A stretch of DNA of 64,000 bases from Smithellaceae bacterium (GTDB lineage: Bacteria; Desulfobacterota; Syntrophia; Syntrophales; Smithellaceae). The notes under the pieces were generated by a model, which saw only the letters and a program-made list of their open reading frames with translations, had not been told where the DNA came from and made no database searches. Both the position numbers and the translations under genes were made by a program. Position 1 is the stretch's first letter; each line of letters starts with the position of its first letter. The stretch lies in the NCBI GenBank assembly GCA_963667845.2, contig CAXXVL010000002.1, forward strand, positions 2,080,001 through 2,144,000, given 5' to 3'. Of this stretch, positions 1-8,926 are shown piece after piece.

Positions 1-1034
1 TTAAAGGCAGGGGCAATTCCACGTGGTCGATGCCCAAGAACCCCTATAAATTGAAGCTGGCCGGCAACACAGCCCTCCTGGGGATGCCCGCCAATAAACA
101 CTGGGTGCTTCTGGCCAACTATGCAGACAAGACGCTTATCCGCAACGAAGTTGCTTTTGATCTGAGCCGGATGCTGGGGATGGAGTACACAACACGGTCT
201 GTCTTTGTGGAACTTTTTCTGAACGGTTCTTACGAGGGAGTTTACCAGCTTACGGAACACATCCGGATCGGAAAGGACAGGGTGAATATTCCCGAGCTGA
301 AGATTACGGATACTGAGCCGGATAAGATCACGGGCGGTTATCTGATCGAAGTCGATACCCGCCGGGGGGAAAATTTCTGCTTCGACTCCACCAGGACCGG
401 TATGGTGTATTGCGTTTCGAATCCGGAAACTCTGCTGGAAGCGGGATGGGAAGCTCGGAAAGACTATATTGTCGGCTACATTAATCAAACCGACGAAGTC
501 CTGTTTGGCGAAAACTTCAAGGATCCTGATACCGGGTATGCCGCTTACCTGGACGTGGATTCCGCCGTACATTATTACCTGATCAATGAACTGTTCAAGA
601 ATCCCGATGCCGCCTGGGCCAGCTTCTATATGTATAAAAAGCGAAACGGCAAGCTGACGTTTGGGCCGGTCTGGGACTTTGATATCGGGGGCGGCAATTA
701 TTACGGAAACCTGGGTCAGCCGGAAGGATGGCGCCTGCGGGACTCGGCTTTTTTTACACGTTTGTTTGAGGACCCGGCGTTTAAGGCGAAAGTCGAGGCC
801 AGGTGGAAGCAAATGAAGGATGGAGGAATGTTCACTGCACTGCTTGCTGACATCAACAGCCGGGCTTTATTTCTGGCAGGCGCGGAGGCCAATAATTTCC
901 AAAGGTGGCCGATTTTATTGACCTGGGTGTGGCCCAATCGGGTGGTGACCGGGTCCTATCAGGGAGAAATCGATGCCATGAAAGAATGGCTGACCTTGCG
1001 CGTGACCTGGATGGACGGACAGTTGTCCGACTAG
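1..1034 (+). CDS. CotH kinase family protein (5' end outside the window)
   Basis: Frame is open from nt 3 (KGRGNSTWSMPKNPYK). CotH-like motifs WVLLANYADKTLIRN, YEGVYQLTE and GPVWDFD. Confidence 0.85.
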   Translation, partial: KGRGNSTWSMPKNPYKLKLAGNTALLGMPANKHWVLLANYADKTLIRNEVAFDLSRMLGMEYTTRSVFVELFLNGSYEGVYQLTEHIRIGKDRVNIPELKITDTEPDKITGGYLIEVDTRRGENFCFDSTRTGMVYCVSNPETLLEAGWEARKDYIVGYINQTDEVLFGENFKDPDTGYAAYLDVDSAVHYYLINELFKNPDAAWASFYMYKKRNGKLTFGPVWDFDIGGGNYYGNLGQPEGWRLRDSAFFTRLFEDPAFKAKVEARWKQMKDGGMFTALLADINSRALFLAGAEANNFQRWPILLTWVWPNRVVTGSYQGEIDAMKEWLTLRVTWMDGQLSD

Positions 1035-1162
1035 GAAAGGAAATCGGGATCTTGCCGGTCCTGCTTCCCAAAGACGATTTGCTGTTTCAAGTCTCCTAAA
1101 TAACTTGACATATTGTGTTACATGGTCAATAAATTGCGCCATCAACGCAAAGGATCATCTCA

Positions 1163-1873
1163 TTGAAAACGAAGAAAACCGGCGATCAGCCGTTACCCGC
1201 GACAAAAGAAAACGAGACCAAGCGAAAGATTATCACCGCGGCGAAAAAAATCTTTTCGGAATACCCTTACGGTACAGCCAGTATCCGAATGATTGGCAAT
1301 GCCGCTGGTGTTAATTATCCGCTTGTCGCCTACTATTTCCCCTCCAAGGCGGCGCTCTATGAAGCTGTCTTTTCGTCCGTCTGCAATGAGTATTCCGAAG
1401 CCAACGAGTTGTGGCTCAATGAAACAAGAGGCATGGGGGCGACAAGAGGATTGTCTTTGTATGTCGATCGCATGCTGGATTATGCGCAAGAGCATCCCGA
1501 GTTTTTGAGGACCGTGCTTCTCAACATGGTTCAGGCCAGGGAGTTCAAAGTCACTCCCGGTCATCAGACGGCGCAGGATTTCTTTGCCCGGTTGACACGT
1601 GTCTTTAAAAGAACGTCTGAAGCCCGCGCTTCCGATAAGGACATTGGAAATTTCACCCAGAATTTTAATGTGCTCTATATTAATTTCGTGGGTGCCGGCG
1701 ATTACTACGCCGCGGGGCTGGGGATGGATCCCCAAAGTCCCCGATACAGAAAATGGATTAAAGACAATTTGCTGGCCCTGTTCCTGCCGGTGTTGAAAGA
1801 GTTGATCCGCGGCTCCGATCGGAAACCGGGCGATAAGAAGAAGCCGGTCGCCGGCAGGAAAAAAAAGTCTTAG
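1163..1873 (+). CDS. TetR/AcrR family transcriptional regulator
   Basis: N-terminal HTH IITAAKKIF...SIRMIGNAAGVNYPLVAYYFPSK. TTG start; TTGACA at 1105. Confidence 0.9.
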   Translation: MKTKKTGDQPLPATKENETKRKIITAAKKIFSEYPYGTASIRMIGNAAGVNYPLVAYYFPSKAALYEAVFSSVCNEYSEANELWLNETRGMGATRGLSLYVDRMLDYAQEHPEFLRTVLLNMVQAREFKVTPGHQTAQDFFARLTRVFKRTSEARASDKDIGNFTQNFNVLYINFVGAGDYYAAGLGMDPQSPRYRKWIKDNLLALFLPVLKELIRGSDRKPGDKKKPVAGRKKKS

Positions 1874-2062
1874 GATCTTCGCGGCTGTGGCCGTGGATCT
1901 CCCCCCCCGCCCCCTTTTTTTATTTTGCACGCGCCGGCCATCGAGCCATGCGCATCTATCTCTATACGCGTCCCCCTGGTAAGCGTATGAACTGCAGAAA
2001 CAAAACCCTCCATCGTAGAATGTTACCGAATTAATTTTTATCGACAACGACGCCGCATTAAT

Positions 2063-2132
2063 TTGAACGACCGTTAAAAACAAAGATTGACATGGGAGAA
2101 AGGATAAGTTAAATAATTTAACGACCGTTAAA
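2063..2132 (+). promoter_or_regulatory. Sigma70-like promoter flanked by two palindromic operators
   Basis: TTGAACGACCGTTAAA (2063-2078) and TTTAACGACCGTTAAA (2117-2132) bracket TTGACA (2087-2092). Confidence 0.65.
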
Positions 2133-2385
2133 AAAATGGGCGCGCCCGGGGATCGAAGGCGGTCATCCGGGTTTCACCGGTTGCATCTTCAGATCGGCCG
2201 CCGTCAGGCCGCCGCCTGCGCAGCTGTATCTGAAGCAGTCTCTCCGGTTCTGAAATCGCAAACCGCGACGATTGCACTGCCATCTTCGGTTGATAAAGCG
2301 GACGACTTGTCCCTGCTCCGATGTTCGGAGAATTCGTCGAGCCGGATCGCAATGATCAATACTTGAAAAAGGAGAAAGTAATATA

Positions 2386-4368
2386 ATGAGAAAGCCTTTT
2401 TTCTGGAAGCGCATCTTATCCGCGATCGTCATAGCCCTGGCAGTCCTGATTCATGGAATCCTCTGGGCTCAGGAACCCAGGGCGGCATCGGAGGCGACAA
2501 AGCAGTCGAACGCCGCCGTTTTCAATAACCTGCCTTTCAATGAAAAGCAGGATTTCATTGAGGCCGAAAGAGGACGCATCAGCGAGAAGTCGGCCCCGGT
2601 GATTGTCGATCCCCAGGGCAATATCGTATGGGACATGAATCTATACAAATTTCTGGACGGGGAAAAACCCATCGAGACGATCAACCCGAGTCTGCGGCGC
2701 CAGGCGGTTCTGAATAATAGCAACGGCCTTTTTAAAGTGACCGACCGGATTTACCAGGTCCGCGGCTATGATCTTGCCAACATGGGCATTATCGCCGGCG
2801 ATACCGGGTATATCATCATCGATCCCCTGACCTCTACCGTGACCGCCAAAGCGGCCATCGACCTTGTTTACCGGTACCTGGGTCAAAAGCCCGTTGTGGC
2901 AGTCATCTATTCCCACAGCCATGGGGACCACTGGGCCGGCGTCAAGGGCGTCATTTCCAAAGAAGAGGTTGAAAAGGGAAAAGTCCGGGTCATCGCGCCG
3001 GCGGGATTCATGGAAGAAGCGGTGAGTGAGAATATCTATGCCGGCAACGCCATGATCAGGCGCGGTCAGTATATGTACGGCACCTTTTTGCCGCGGGGCG
3101 CCGATGGACAGGTGGATGCGGGCCTGGGAAAGTCCCTTCCCCGTTCGATGTCCTCGAGCCTGATTCGCCCGACGGAGATCGTGGGCAAGACGGGGCAGGA
3201 AATCACCGTGGATGGTGTCCGGATCATCTTTCAGAGCACACCCGGAGCGGAAGCGCCGGCCAATATGAATTTTTACTTTCCCCAGTTCCGGGCGCTCTAT
3301 ATGTCCGACAATTGTGCGGCCACCGTCCATAACCTGCTCACACCGCGCGGAGCGCAGATCCGCGATGCCCGGGGATGGGCACGTTTCATTTACGAGGCCA
3401 TCGACCTTTTTGGAGAGACAACCGACGTGGTGTTTCTCGGGCACACCTGGCCGCGCCGGGATAATGCCAATGTGAAAAATTTTCTCAAAAAACAGGCTGA
3501 CACCTACAAATACATTCATGATCAGACACTGCGTCTGGCCAATCAGGGTCTCACGCCGCGGGAGATCGCCGAAGAACTGAAGCTTCCGGACGAATTATCC
3601 AGGGAATGGTTCAATCGGGGTTATTATGCGACGGTCGGCTGGGACGCCAAGGCCGTGTATCAATATTACCTCGGCTGGTATGATGGAAATCCGGCGAACG
3701 TCAATCCCCTGCCGCCGGCTGCGGCCGGCCGGAAATATGTCGAGTTCATGGGAGGCGCAAGCCAGGTTCTGGCCAATGCGAAAAAGGCCTTTGACAAGGG
3801 TGAATACCGCTGGGTTGCCGAGGTCGTCAATCATGTTGTCTTTGCCGACCCGGCAAATGAAGAAGCGCGCAGGCTTCAGGCGGACGCGCTCGAGCAGCTG
3901 GGATATCAATCGGAGTCGGCCGTCTTTCGCAATTTCTATCTTGTCGGCGCCCGGGAGCTGCGCGACGGCGTCAAGAGGCTTTATCCCAAAGTTCCCATGC
4001 CGCCCGATGTCTTCCATGCACTGACGCTGGACATGATCTTCAACAGTATGGCCATTCGTCTCAATGGTCCGAAGGCGGCCGGGAAGAATATCACCATCAA
4101 CTGGTATTTTACCGACACGAAAGAACAGTATGTCCTCTTTCTGCAGAATTCCGTCTTGAACTATGCCGCCGGAAAACAGGCTCAAAATGCCGATGTGACT
4201 ATTGGGCTCAGCCGTCCCCTGTTTACCGATCTCCTCTCGGGCGACGCGAACTTTCTGGCGCGAGTTTTACTGCGGCAAATCAGCTATGACGGGGACATCA
4301 AAAAATTCAGTGAGCTGATGTCTCTGATGGATCAGTTCGATCCCTGGTTCAATATCGTAACGCCATAG
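2386..4368 (+). CDS. Alkyl sulfatase (SdsA1/BDS1 type; MBL fold, dimerisation domain, SCP2-like C-terminus), exported
   Basis: Signal peptide, HSHGDH metal motif, QVRGYDLAN, YLGWYDGNP, C-terminal FDPWFNIVTP. Confidence 0.92.
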   Translation: MRKPFFWKRILSAIVIALAVLIHGILWAQEPRAASEATKQSNAAVFNNLPFNEKQDFIEAERGRISEKSAPVIVDPQGNIVWDMNLYKFLDGEKPIETINPSLRRQAVLNNSNGLFKVTDRIYQVRGYDLANMGIIAGDTGYIIIDPLTSTVTAKAAIDLVYRYLGQKPVVAVIYSHSHGDHWAGVKGVISKEEVEKGKVRVIAPAGFMEEAVSENIYAGNAMIRRGQYMYGTFLPRGADGQVDAGLGKSLPRSMSSSLIRPTEIVGKTGQEITVDGVRIIFQSTPGAEAPANMNFYFPQFRALYMSDNCAATVHNLLTPRGAQIRDARGWARFIYEAIDLFGETTDVVFLGHTWPRRDNANVKNFLKKQADTYKYIHDQTLRLANQGLTPREIAEELKLPDELSREWFNRGYYATVGWDAKAVYQYYLGWYDGNPANVNPLPPAAAGRKYVEFMGGASQVLANAKKAFDKGEYRWVAEVVNHVVFADPANEEARRLQADALEQLGYQSESAVFRNFYLVGARELRDGVKRLYPKVPMPPDVFHALTLDMIFNSMAIRLNGPKAAGKNITINWYFTDTKEQYVLFLQNSVLNYAAGKQAQNADVTIGLSRPLFTDLLSGDANFLARVLLRQISYDGDIKKFSELMSLMDQFDPWFNIVTP

Positions 4369-4394
4369 CAGCAAACAATGAAAGAAAGCCAACG

Positions 4395-4437
4395 AAAAAA
4401 TGGGTGAGCCCCCCTGAACGGAGCTCACCCATTTTTT
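4395..4437. terminator. Bidirectional intrinsic terminator
   Basis: AAAAAATGGGTGAGC...GCTCACCCATTTTTT between convergent genes. Confidence 0.85.
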
Positions 4438-4500
4438 CTATTTTCGCCTGCAAAGCCTATTCAAAGGCATATAGTGGCGTCGATTCAGCGCGTCCGTGGG

Positions 4501-5967
4501 TTAGGATTTTTCCCCGAACACGTCCGCCGTAAAAACCTCGAGCTTGCAGGACGGATCTTTCCAGCTCTCCTTCGGCAATCCCGCTTTTTGGGAACAAAGT
4601 TCCGCAAGGAAACGGTCCTTGCTCCAGCCGGTTTCTGTGGCCACCTGCGGCAGGAATACCCCGCGCTGAAAATTACCCTTGCTCACGATAACACCGTGTT
4701 TTCCGAGTTCGATCTCCTCGGCACTGCGGACAGCCCGGGGGCTGGAAAGGACGGAGATTTCGATTTCAATATCTTTTAATTCTTCGGCGCTGACCGGATT
4801 GAACCGCGTATCGTGAGACGCGGCGGCAACCGCCATCTCGCTCACCGTCTGATAAAGCGGGCCTCTGCCGATGATATTTCCGATGCAGCCACGCAGGGCG
4901 CCATGCTTGCTCAACGTGACGAATGCGCCCTCTTCCCGCGAAAGCCGCGGGTCCTTTTCGTGATACGCAGGCGCCTTTCCCGTCCGGACGAAGGTATCGA
5001 GCGTTTCGCGGGCAATCGCCAGAAGCCTCTCCTTCTGCTCCCGGGTCAAACCGCCTTTGGCGGCTTCATCTTCTTTGGCGGCGGGCTTACCGCGGTAAAA
5101 GGCAATCGAGGCGTATCCGACAACCCGGGAAGGATCTCCCGTTGTATCCGCGGATGTCCCGTAGTGCAAAACTTTTACCTTTGTAAATCCACGCGCCTGG
5201 GCGTATAGCATGCCCGCGGCGACGACATGAAATCCGTCTACCTCCATCTCGCCTGCGGCATGCCCTCTCCAGAATCCTTCGATATCCATCTCCTCAATCG
5301 CTTTGAGTCCGCGGGCATCAATCTCCCGGGCCTCCTTGAGAGAATGGAAATGCGACTGATCCACGCTGATATCCACCAGGACGTCGCTTCGGTCGCCCAC
5401 TGCGCTGTCCAGGGCGGCGGCGACGGTCCTCACCATATCTGCATCCGGAGGATAGCCGACGATCACGGGCAGAATTCTGGCGGATGGAAACACCTTCCTG
5501 ATAAGCGGCAGCTGGGTCTCCACCGAATTCTCCGGCCGGCCCGCGCTTCCTTCAAAGACATCCCGGCGGAAAACGAATCGCTGATCGAAGGCCATGATTC
5601 CTGCGGCCAGTTCCCGGTCCACCTCGAGCGCGCCGAGGGCCGTTTCAAATGAACCTTCCGGCCAGACGGATGCCCCGGCGAAAGAATACTGATGGGACGG
5701 AGCCAGAACAATCACCGTGCCCACCTTCCGGGCGGATGCGGCCCGGAATCCGAAAGACGCCGTCGCCGCGGAATACACATACCCCGCATGCGGAGAGATG
5801 ATGACGCCAATCTCTCCCAGGGGTTCCCCGATGACCGCTGCCTTGAGGTATCCGTCAAGCATATCGGTAAGTTTCCGCGCATCGCCCGGATACCATGTGC
5901 CGGCCAGTGCCGCGGACTTCACCTTCTCAGCGGTAAAATTTTTTCGTGTCATAGTCATCCTCATCAT
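4501..5967 (-). CDS. AmmeMemoRadiSam protein B (Memo-like) fused to protein A (AMMECR1-like); start uncertain
   Basis: N-terminal AGTWYP and SPHAGYVYS; C-terminal GAFVTL, LRGCIG, GVFLPQVA. Confidence 0.9.
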   Translation of the reverse strand: MMRMTMTRKNFTAEKVKSAALAGTWYPGDARKLTDMLDGYLKAAVIGEPLGEIGVIISPHAGYVYSAATASFGFRAASARKVGTVIVLAPSHQYSFAGASVWPEGSFETALGALEVDRELAAGIMAFDQRFVFRRDVFEGSAGRPENSVETQLPLIRKVFPSARILPVIVGYPPDADMVRTVAAALDSAVGDRSDVLVDISVDQSHFHSLKEAREIDARGLKAIEEMDIEGFWRGHAAGEMEVDGFHVVAAGMLYAQARGFTKVKVLHYGTSADTTGDPSRVVGYASIAFYRGKPAAKEDEAAKGGLTREQKERLLAIARETLDTFVRTGKAPAYHEKDPRLSREEGAFVTLSKHGALRGCIGNIIGRGPLYQTVSEMAVAAASHDTRFNPVSAEELKDIEIEISVLSSPRAVRSAEEIELGKHGVIVSKGNFQRGVFLPQVATETGWSKDRFLAELCSQKAGLPKESWKDPSCKLEVFTADVFGEKS

Positions 5968-6013
5968 CGATTGGTTTTTTCTCAAAGATAGGGATTATAT
6001 CTTGATCAGTCAA

Positions 6014-6356
6014 CTAAGATGGTGTTGAAAAACCCTGTTGGTGCAGGTTGCTCCGTCGAGGCCGCGCACCCGCAGGGAGGCTCAATCATGCCTGAAGCCG
6101 CTTCTTCTATAAGGCGGCATTTGCACCGGAGCATGCCTTTGCTCAATGTCCTCGACTGTGGCGCTAAGCTTGCTTCGCTGCAGCCGAAAACTCGCCCTTC
6201 GGGCTCAAACAGTTCGGCTGTCCGACGCTCCGCCTCGCCAAACGCCACAACGTCTCGGCCATGATTCGCCAAGTCACGCCCCGGTGCAACTGCGGAGTGT
6301 CGAACGGGCTGAAGTTGTTGACGGAGTGAATTGATTTTTTGAAGGCTGTCATCTAC
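6014..6356. mobile_element. Non-coding MITE-like structured element
   Basis: Long imperfect hairpin 6121-6289 (TGCACCGG/CCGGTGCA, TGTGGCG/CGCCACA, CAGCCGAA/TTCGGCTG, GCCC-TTCG-GGC apex). End GGTGTTGAAAAACCCTGTT resembles the reverse complement of the right end of the 24121-24274 element. Confidence 0.5.
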
Positions 6357-6669
6357 TTTCCCTGAATAAGTATCAACCATTTTTTTCCATTTCTTTCTTG
6401 AAATGTTTGTTCAAAGGCGTATAGTTAGCCACGACTCACGATTCAACCCGTTCCACCATAAACATTTGTCAGTTCAATTATCCGCGGAAGGAAGCGCAGG
6501 ATGATTAATGACACATCAAAAATACGCATCATCGTTAAACACGGCTTGATCGCGTTCCACAAAAGCCAGAAAAAACGGACCTGGCATTTGCCGGCAATAA
6601 GGACCTATTGAGGTGCCCGCAATTTATATTTTATTGAGTTTCAGTAAGATTATTTTGACGGGCGTTTCG

Positions 6670-6721
6670 CGTTATGCGCCCGGAAACGGATAATACGGGG
6701 TGGGTATATTAATTGTTATGC
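6670..6721 (+). other. Possible attI-like or first cassette recombination site
   Basis: Ends in a GTTRRRY-like core GTTATGC (6715-6721) just before the first cassette RBS. No attC-type symmetry. Confidence 0.35.
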
Positions 6722-6740
6722 ACAAAAAAAGGAGGAAATA

Positions 6741-6977
6741 ATGAAACTTAGAAAACCAAATGGAGTCATAGTATAAGCGTCAATTTCCAAAGGCAATAAT
6801 ATAGTAATGACAATGTTGGGTGAAAGCACTGGCGCCCATACGAAGGCTGAATTACAAAAATATATACAAGGAAAAAGTAAAGAGAATGCAAAAATGGAAG
6901 ATTACGAAGTTATTGAAGCCTCAAATTACGAGCGTAGTTTATTACGAGAGGCGAACTTCAATATGAAAGGCCTATGA
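6741..6977 (+). pseudogene. Small cassette ORF with a premature stop
   Basis: AAGGAGG RBS, ATG 6741, one in-frame TAA at 6774, frame then open to TGA 6977 directly before an attC. Confidence 0.6.
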
Positions 6978-6981
6978 GACT

Positions 6982-7046
6982 GCACAACCCGTCGCTCAAG
7001 CCGATCGCTGGGTCGTGACCAGATTCAGCTTAGCTTTTCGTTGGCT
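6982..7046 (+). other. Integron attC site
   Basis: R'' GCACAAC, L'' CTCAAGCCGA, L' TCAGCTTAG (extra-helical C), R' GTTGGCT; lies between a stop codon and the next RBS/ATG. Confidence 0.75.
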
Positions 7047-7059
7047 CTAAGAGGTAAAT

Positions 7060-8679
7060 ATGATTCAAGAGCAGCTGAAACACTTTCCTCAACCGCTGAT
7101 GCAAGACCTCCTTGAAGGCCGCTGGCTGCCTATCGTCGGCGCCGGGTTTTCCGTAAATGCAATTGTGCCCGAGGGTGAACAGATGCCTCTCTGGGATGAG
7201 CTTGGCAGACGACTTGCTGCAGAGATGGAGGATTATCCTTACACCGGTCCAATTGACGCAATCTCTGCTTACGCCCATGACTATTCACGAGCAAAGCTGA
7301 TTGAAAGGCTACGTCATATTCTTCTTGTTGGACGAGCGCGACCTGGAACGGCACACGAGGCGTTTGCTGGGCTTCAATTTGACATCGTTTGCACAACTAA
7401 TTTCGACTTCCTCCTTGAACGCGCTTACGAGCTATCCCAACGTTATTGCCAACCAATAGTGGATGAGGATCAGTTATCAATTGCAGCTCAAGACTCTAGC
7501 GTTCGGTTAATTAAACTTCATGGCGATATTCATCATCCACAGCGAATGATCGTTACTGAGGATGACTATGATCTCTTTCTTGAACACTATCCCCTCGTTG
7601 CAACATATCTTGCTAGCCTCATGATCACGCGAACACCAGTCTTTATTGGTTACAGTCTTGATGATCCGGATTTTCGAATGGTCTGGCAGACTGTGACGGA
7701 GCGACTCGGTCGACTACGTAGACAGGCATATGTACTAACGGTTGGTGCCAAGCAGCCAGAACTAGCCAGATATGAGCGCCGCGGACTCAAGCCGATTAAC
7801 TTACCAGGCTCCAAACACCAGTATGGAGAAATCCTCACCAAGACATTTAAGGATTTGGGTGACTACGTACGCAGAAACATCCTTCCTATAAGTCAGGTTA
7901 CAGAGGAAGAACCTCTTCAGGAACTATCTTTGCCCGACAGTTCAGTGACACGCCTTTGTTTCTTCGCTGTACCATTTTCGATACAAGCGTTCTACAGGGA
8001 CAAAGTGTTTCCAGTAGTCAAGAGTCACGGCCTTGTGCCAATGACGGCTGAAGATGTGATTTCCCCGGGAGACAACATCACGGCAAAGATCGACGCATTG
8101 ATATCTCGATCAACAGCAGTTGTTGTCGACGCCTCTAACAAGAATACCATATACGAACTAAAACTCGCGCTTTCGCAACTCGATCCGTCTCGGGTATTGA
8201 TCGTTGTCGAAGACCCGAATGCTCTTCCTAAGGACATCCTCCGGTTCCGCTACTTGACACGTGACCGAGAAGCGCTTCTCGATCCACAGGCATTCTTGGC
8301 AGAAATAGAAGCGTGGCTCAATGGTATCTTCGCCACTGTTGAATTCACTCTGAATGAGGAGCCGCGGCGACTACTTGCAGCACATGCATACCGAGCTGCA
8401 GTCATTTCTGCCTTTTCCCTACTGGAAAGTGAATTACGGAAGCAGGTCGCACACACCGACACCCCTGAAGCAAGATACATTCCGATGTCCGCGCTTCTCT
8501 CACTTGCTGCCAAGCGCGGCAAATTGCCAGAGAACATCCAACGGAGAGTCCGGGAATGGACATCTCTTCGAAACGCGGCTGTGCATACCGATCGGCTCAT
8601 TACAGCTGTTGAAGCTAAGCGGGTTGTTACGGGGATAACAAAACTGGTCGAGACGTTGAAGAAACAGAATAAAGACTGA
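7060..8679 (+). CDS. SIR2-family protein with central nucleoside deoxyribosyltransferase/TIR-like domain and C-terminal HEPN-like domain
   Basis: VGAGFS, TTNFD, IKLHGD, FIGYSLDD (SIR2-like); CFFAVPF...NKNTIYEL (NDT-like); LRNAAVH (RxxxxH). Confidence 0.8.
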   Translation: MIQEQLKHFPQPLMQDLLEGRWLPIVGAGFSVNAIVPEGEQMPLWDELGRRLAAEMEDYPYTGPIDAISAYAHDYSRAKLIERLRHILLVGRARPGTAHEAFAGLQFDIVCTTNFDFLLERAYELSQRYCQPIVDEDQLSIAAQDSSVRLIKLHGDIHHPQRMIVTEDDYDLFLEHYPLVATYLASLMITRTPVFIGYSLDDPDFRMVWQTVTERLGRLRRQAYVLTVGAKQPELARYERRGLKPINLPGSKHQYGEILTKTFKDLGDYVRRNILPISQVTEEEPLQELSLPDSSVTRLCFFAVPFSIQAFYRDKVFPVVKSHGLVPMTAEDVISPGDNITAKIDALISRSTAVVVDASNKNTIYELKLALSQLDPSRVLIVVEDPNALPKDILRFRYLTRDREALLDPQAFLAEIEAWLNGIFATVEFTLNEEPRRLLAAHAYRAAVISAFSLLESELRKQVAHTDTPEARYIPMSALLSLAAKRGKLPENIQRRVREWTSLRNAAVHTDRLITAVEAKRVVTGITKLVETLKKQNKD

Positions 8680-8716
8680 AACAAAAAAAATAAATGTGAA
8701 TGGTTTCTATTTAATC

Positions 8717-8773
8717 ATCCAATCATACGATACACCGCCCGCCGCGTCGCTTCGGGTCAGCTTTTCGTCCATA
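8717..8773 (+). other. Degenerate attC site
   Basis: ATCCAAT...GCCCGCCGCGTCGCTTCGGGTCAGCTTTTCGTC. Shares AGCTTTTCGT with the 6982 attC and its core with the 11748 site. Confidence 0.55.
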
Positions 8774-8926
8774 TTTTAAATTTGTGAGGTTGAAGAAATG
8801 CGGAAGAAATATTGGGATGATTTTAGAGTAGGGGATAAATTGAAAACAAATGGATTAACGGTTACTGAGACCCATATGGTTAATTTTGCGTGTCTTACAG
8901 GTGACTTTCTACCGCTGCACAGGACA

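Noticed and set aside
1899..1926. Poly-C/poly-T tract as a phase-variation site
   Set aside because: Intergenic, downstream of tetR and outside the predicted promoter spacer.
2641..4185. Long antisense ORFs opposite the sulfatase (similarly 12620-13474, 19036-20019, 22962-24053, 48104-48856, 61158-61907)
   Set aside because: Shadow ORFs caused by GC-rich codon bias of real genes; no recognisable motifs.
6006..6380. ORFs in the hairpin element (also 24066-24308 and 63734-63922)
   Set aside because: They overlap non-coding repeats or the 16S rRNA.
6360..6670. Possible intI remnant upstream of the array
   Set aside because: No ORF or tyrosine-recombinase motif recognisable on either strand.
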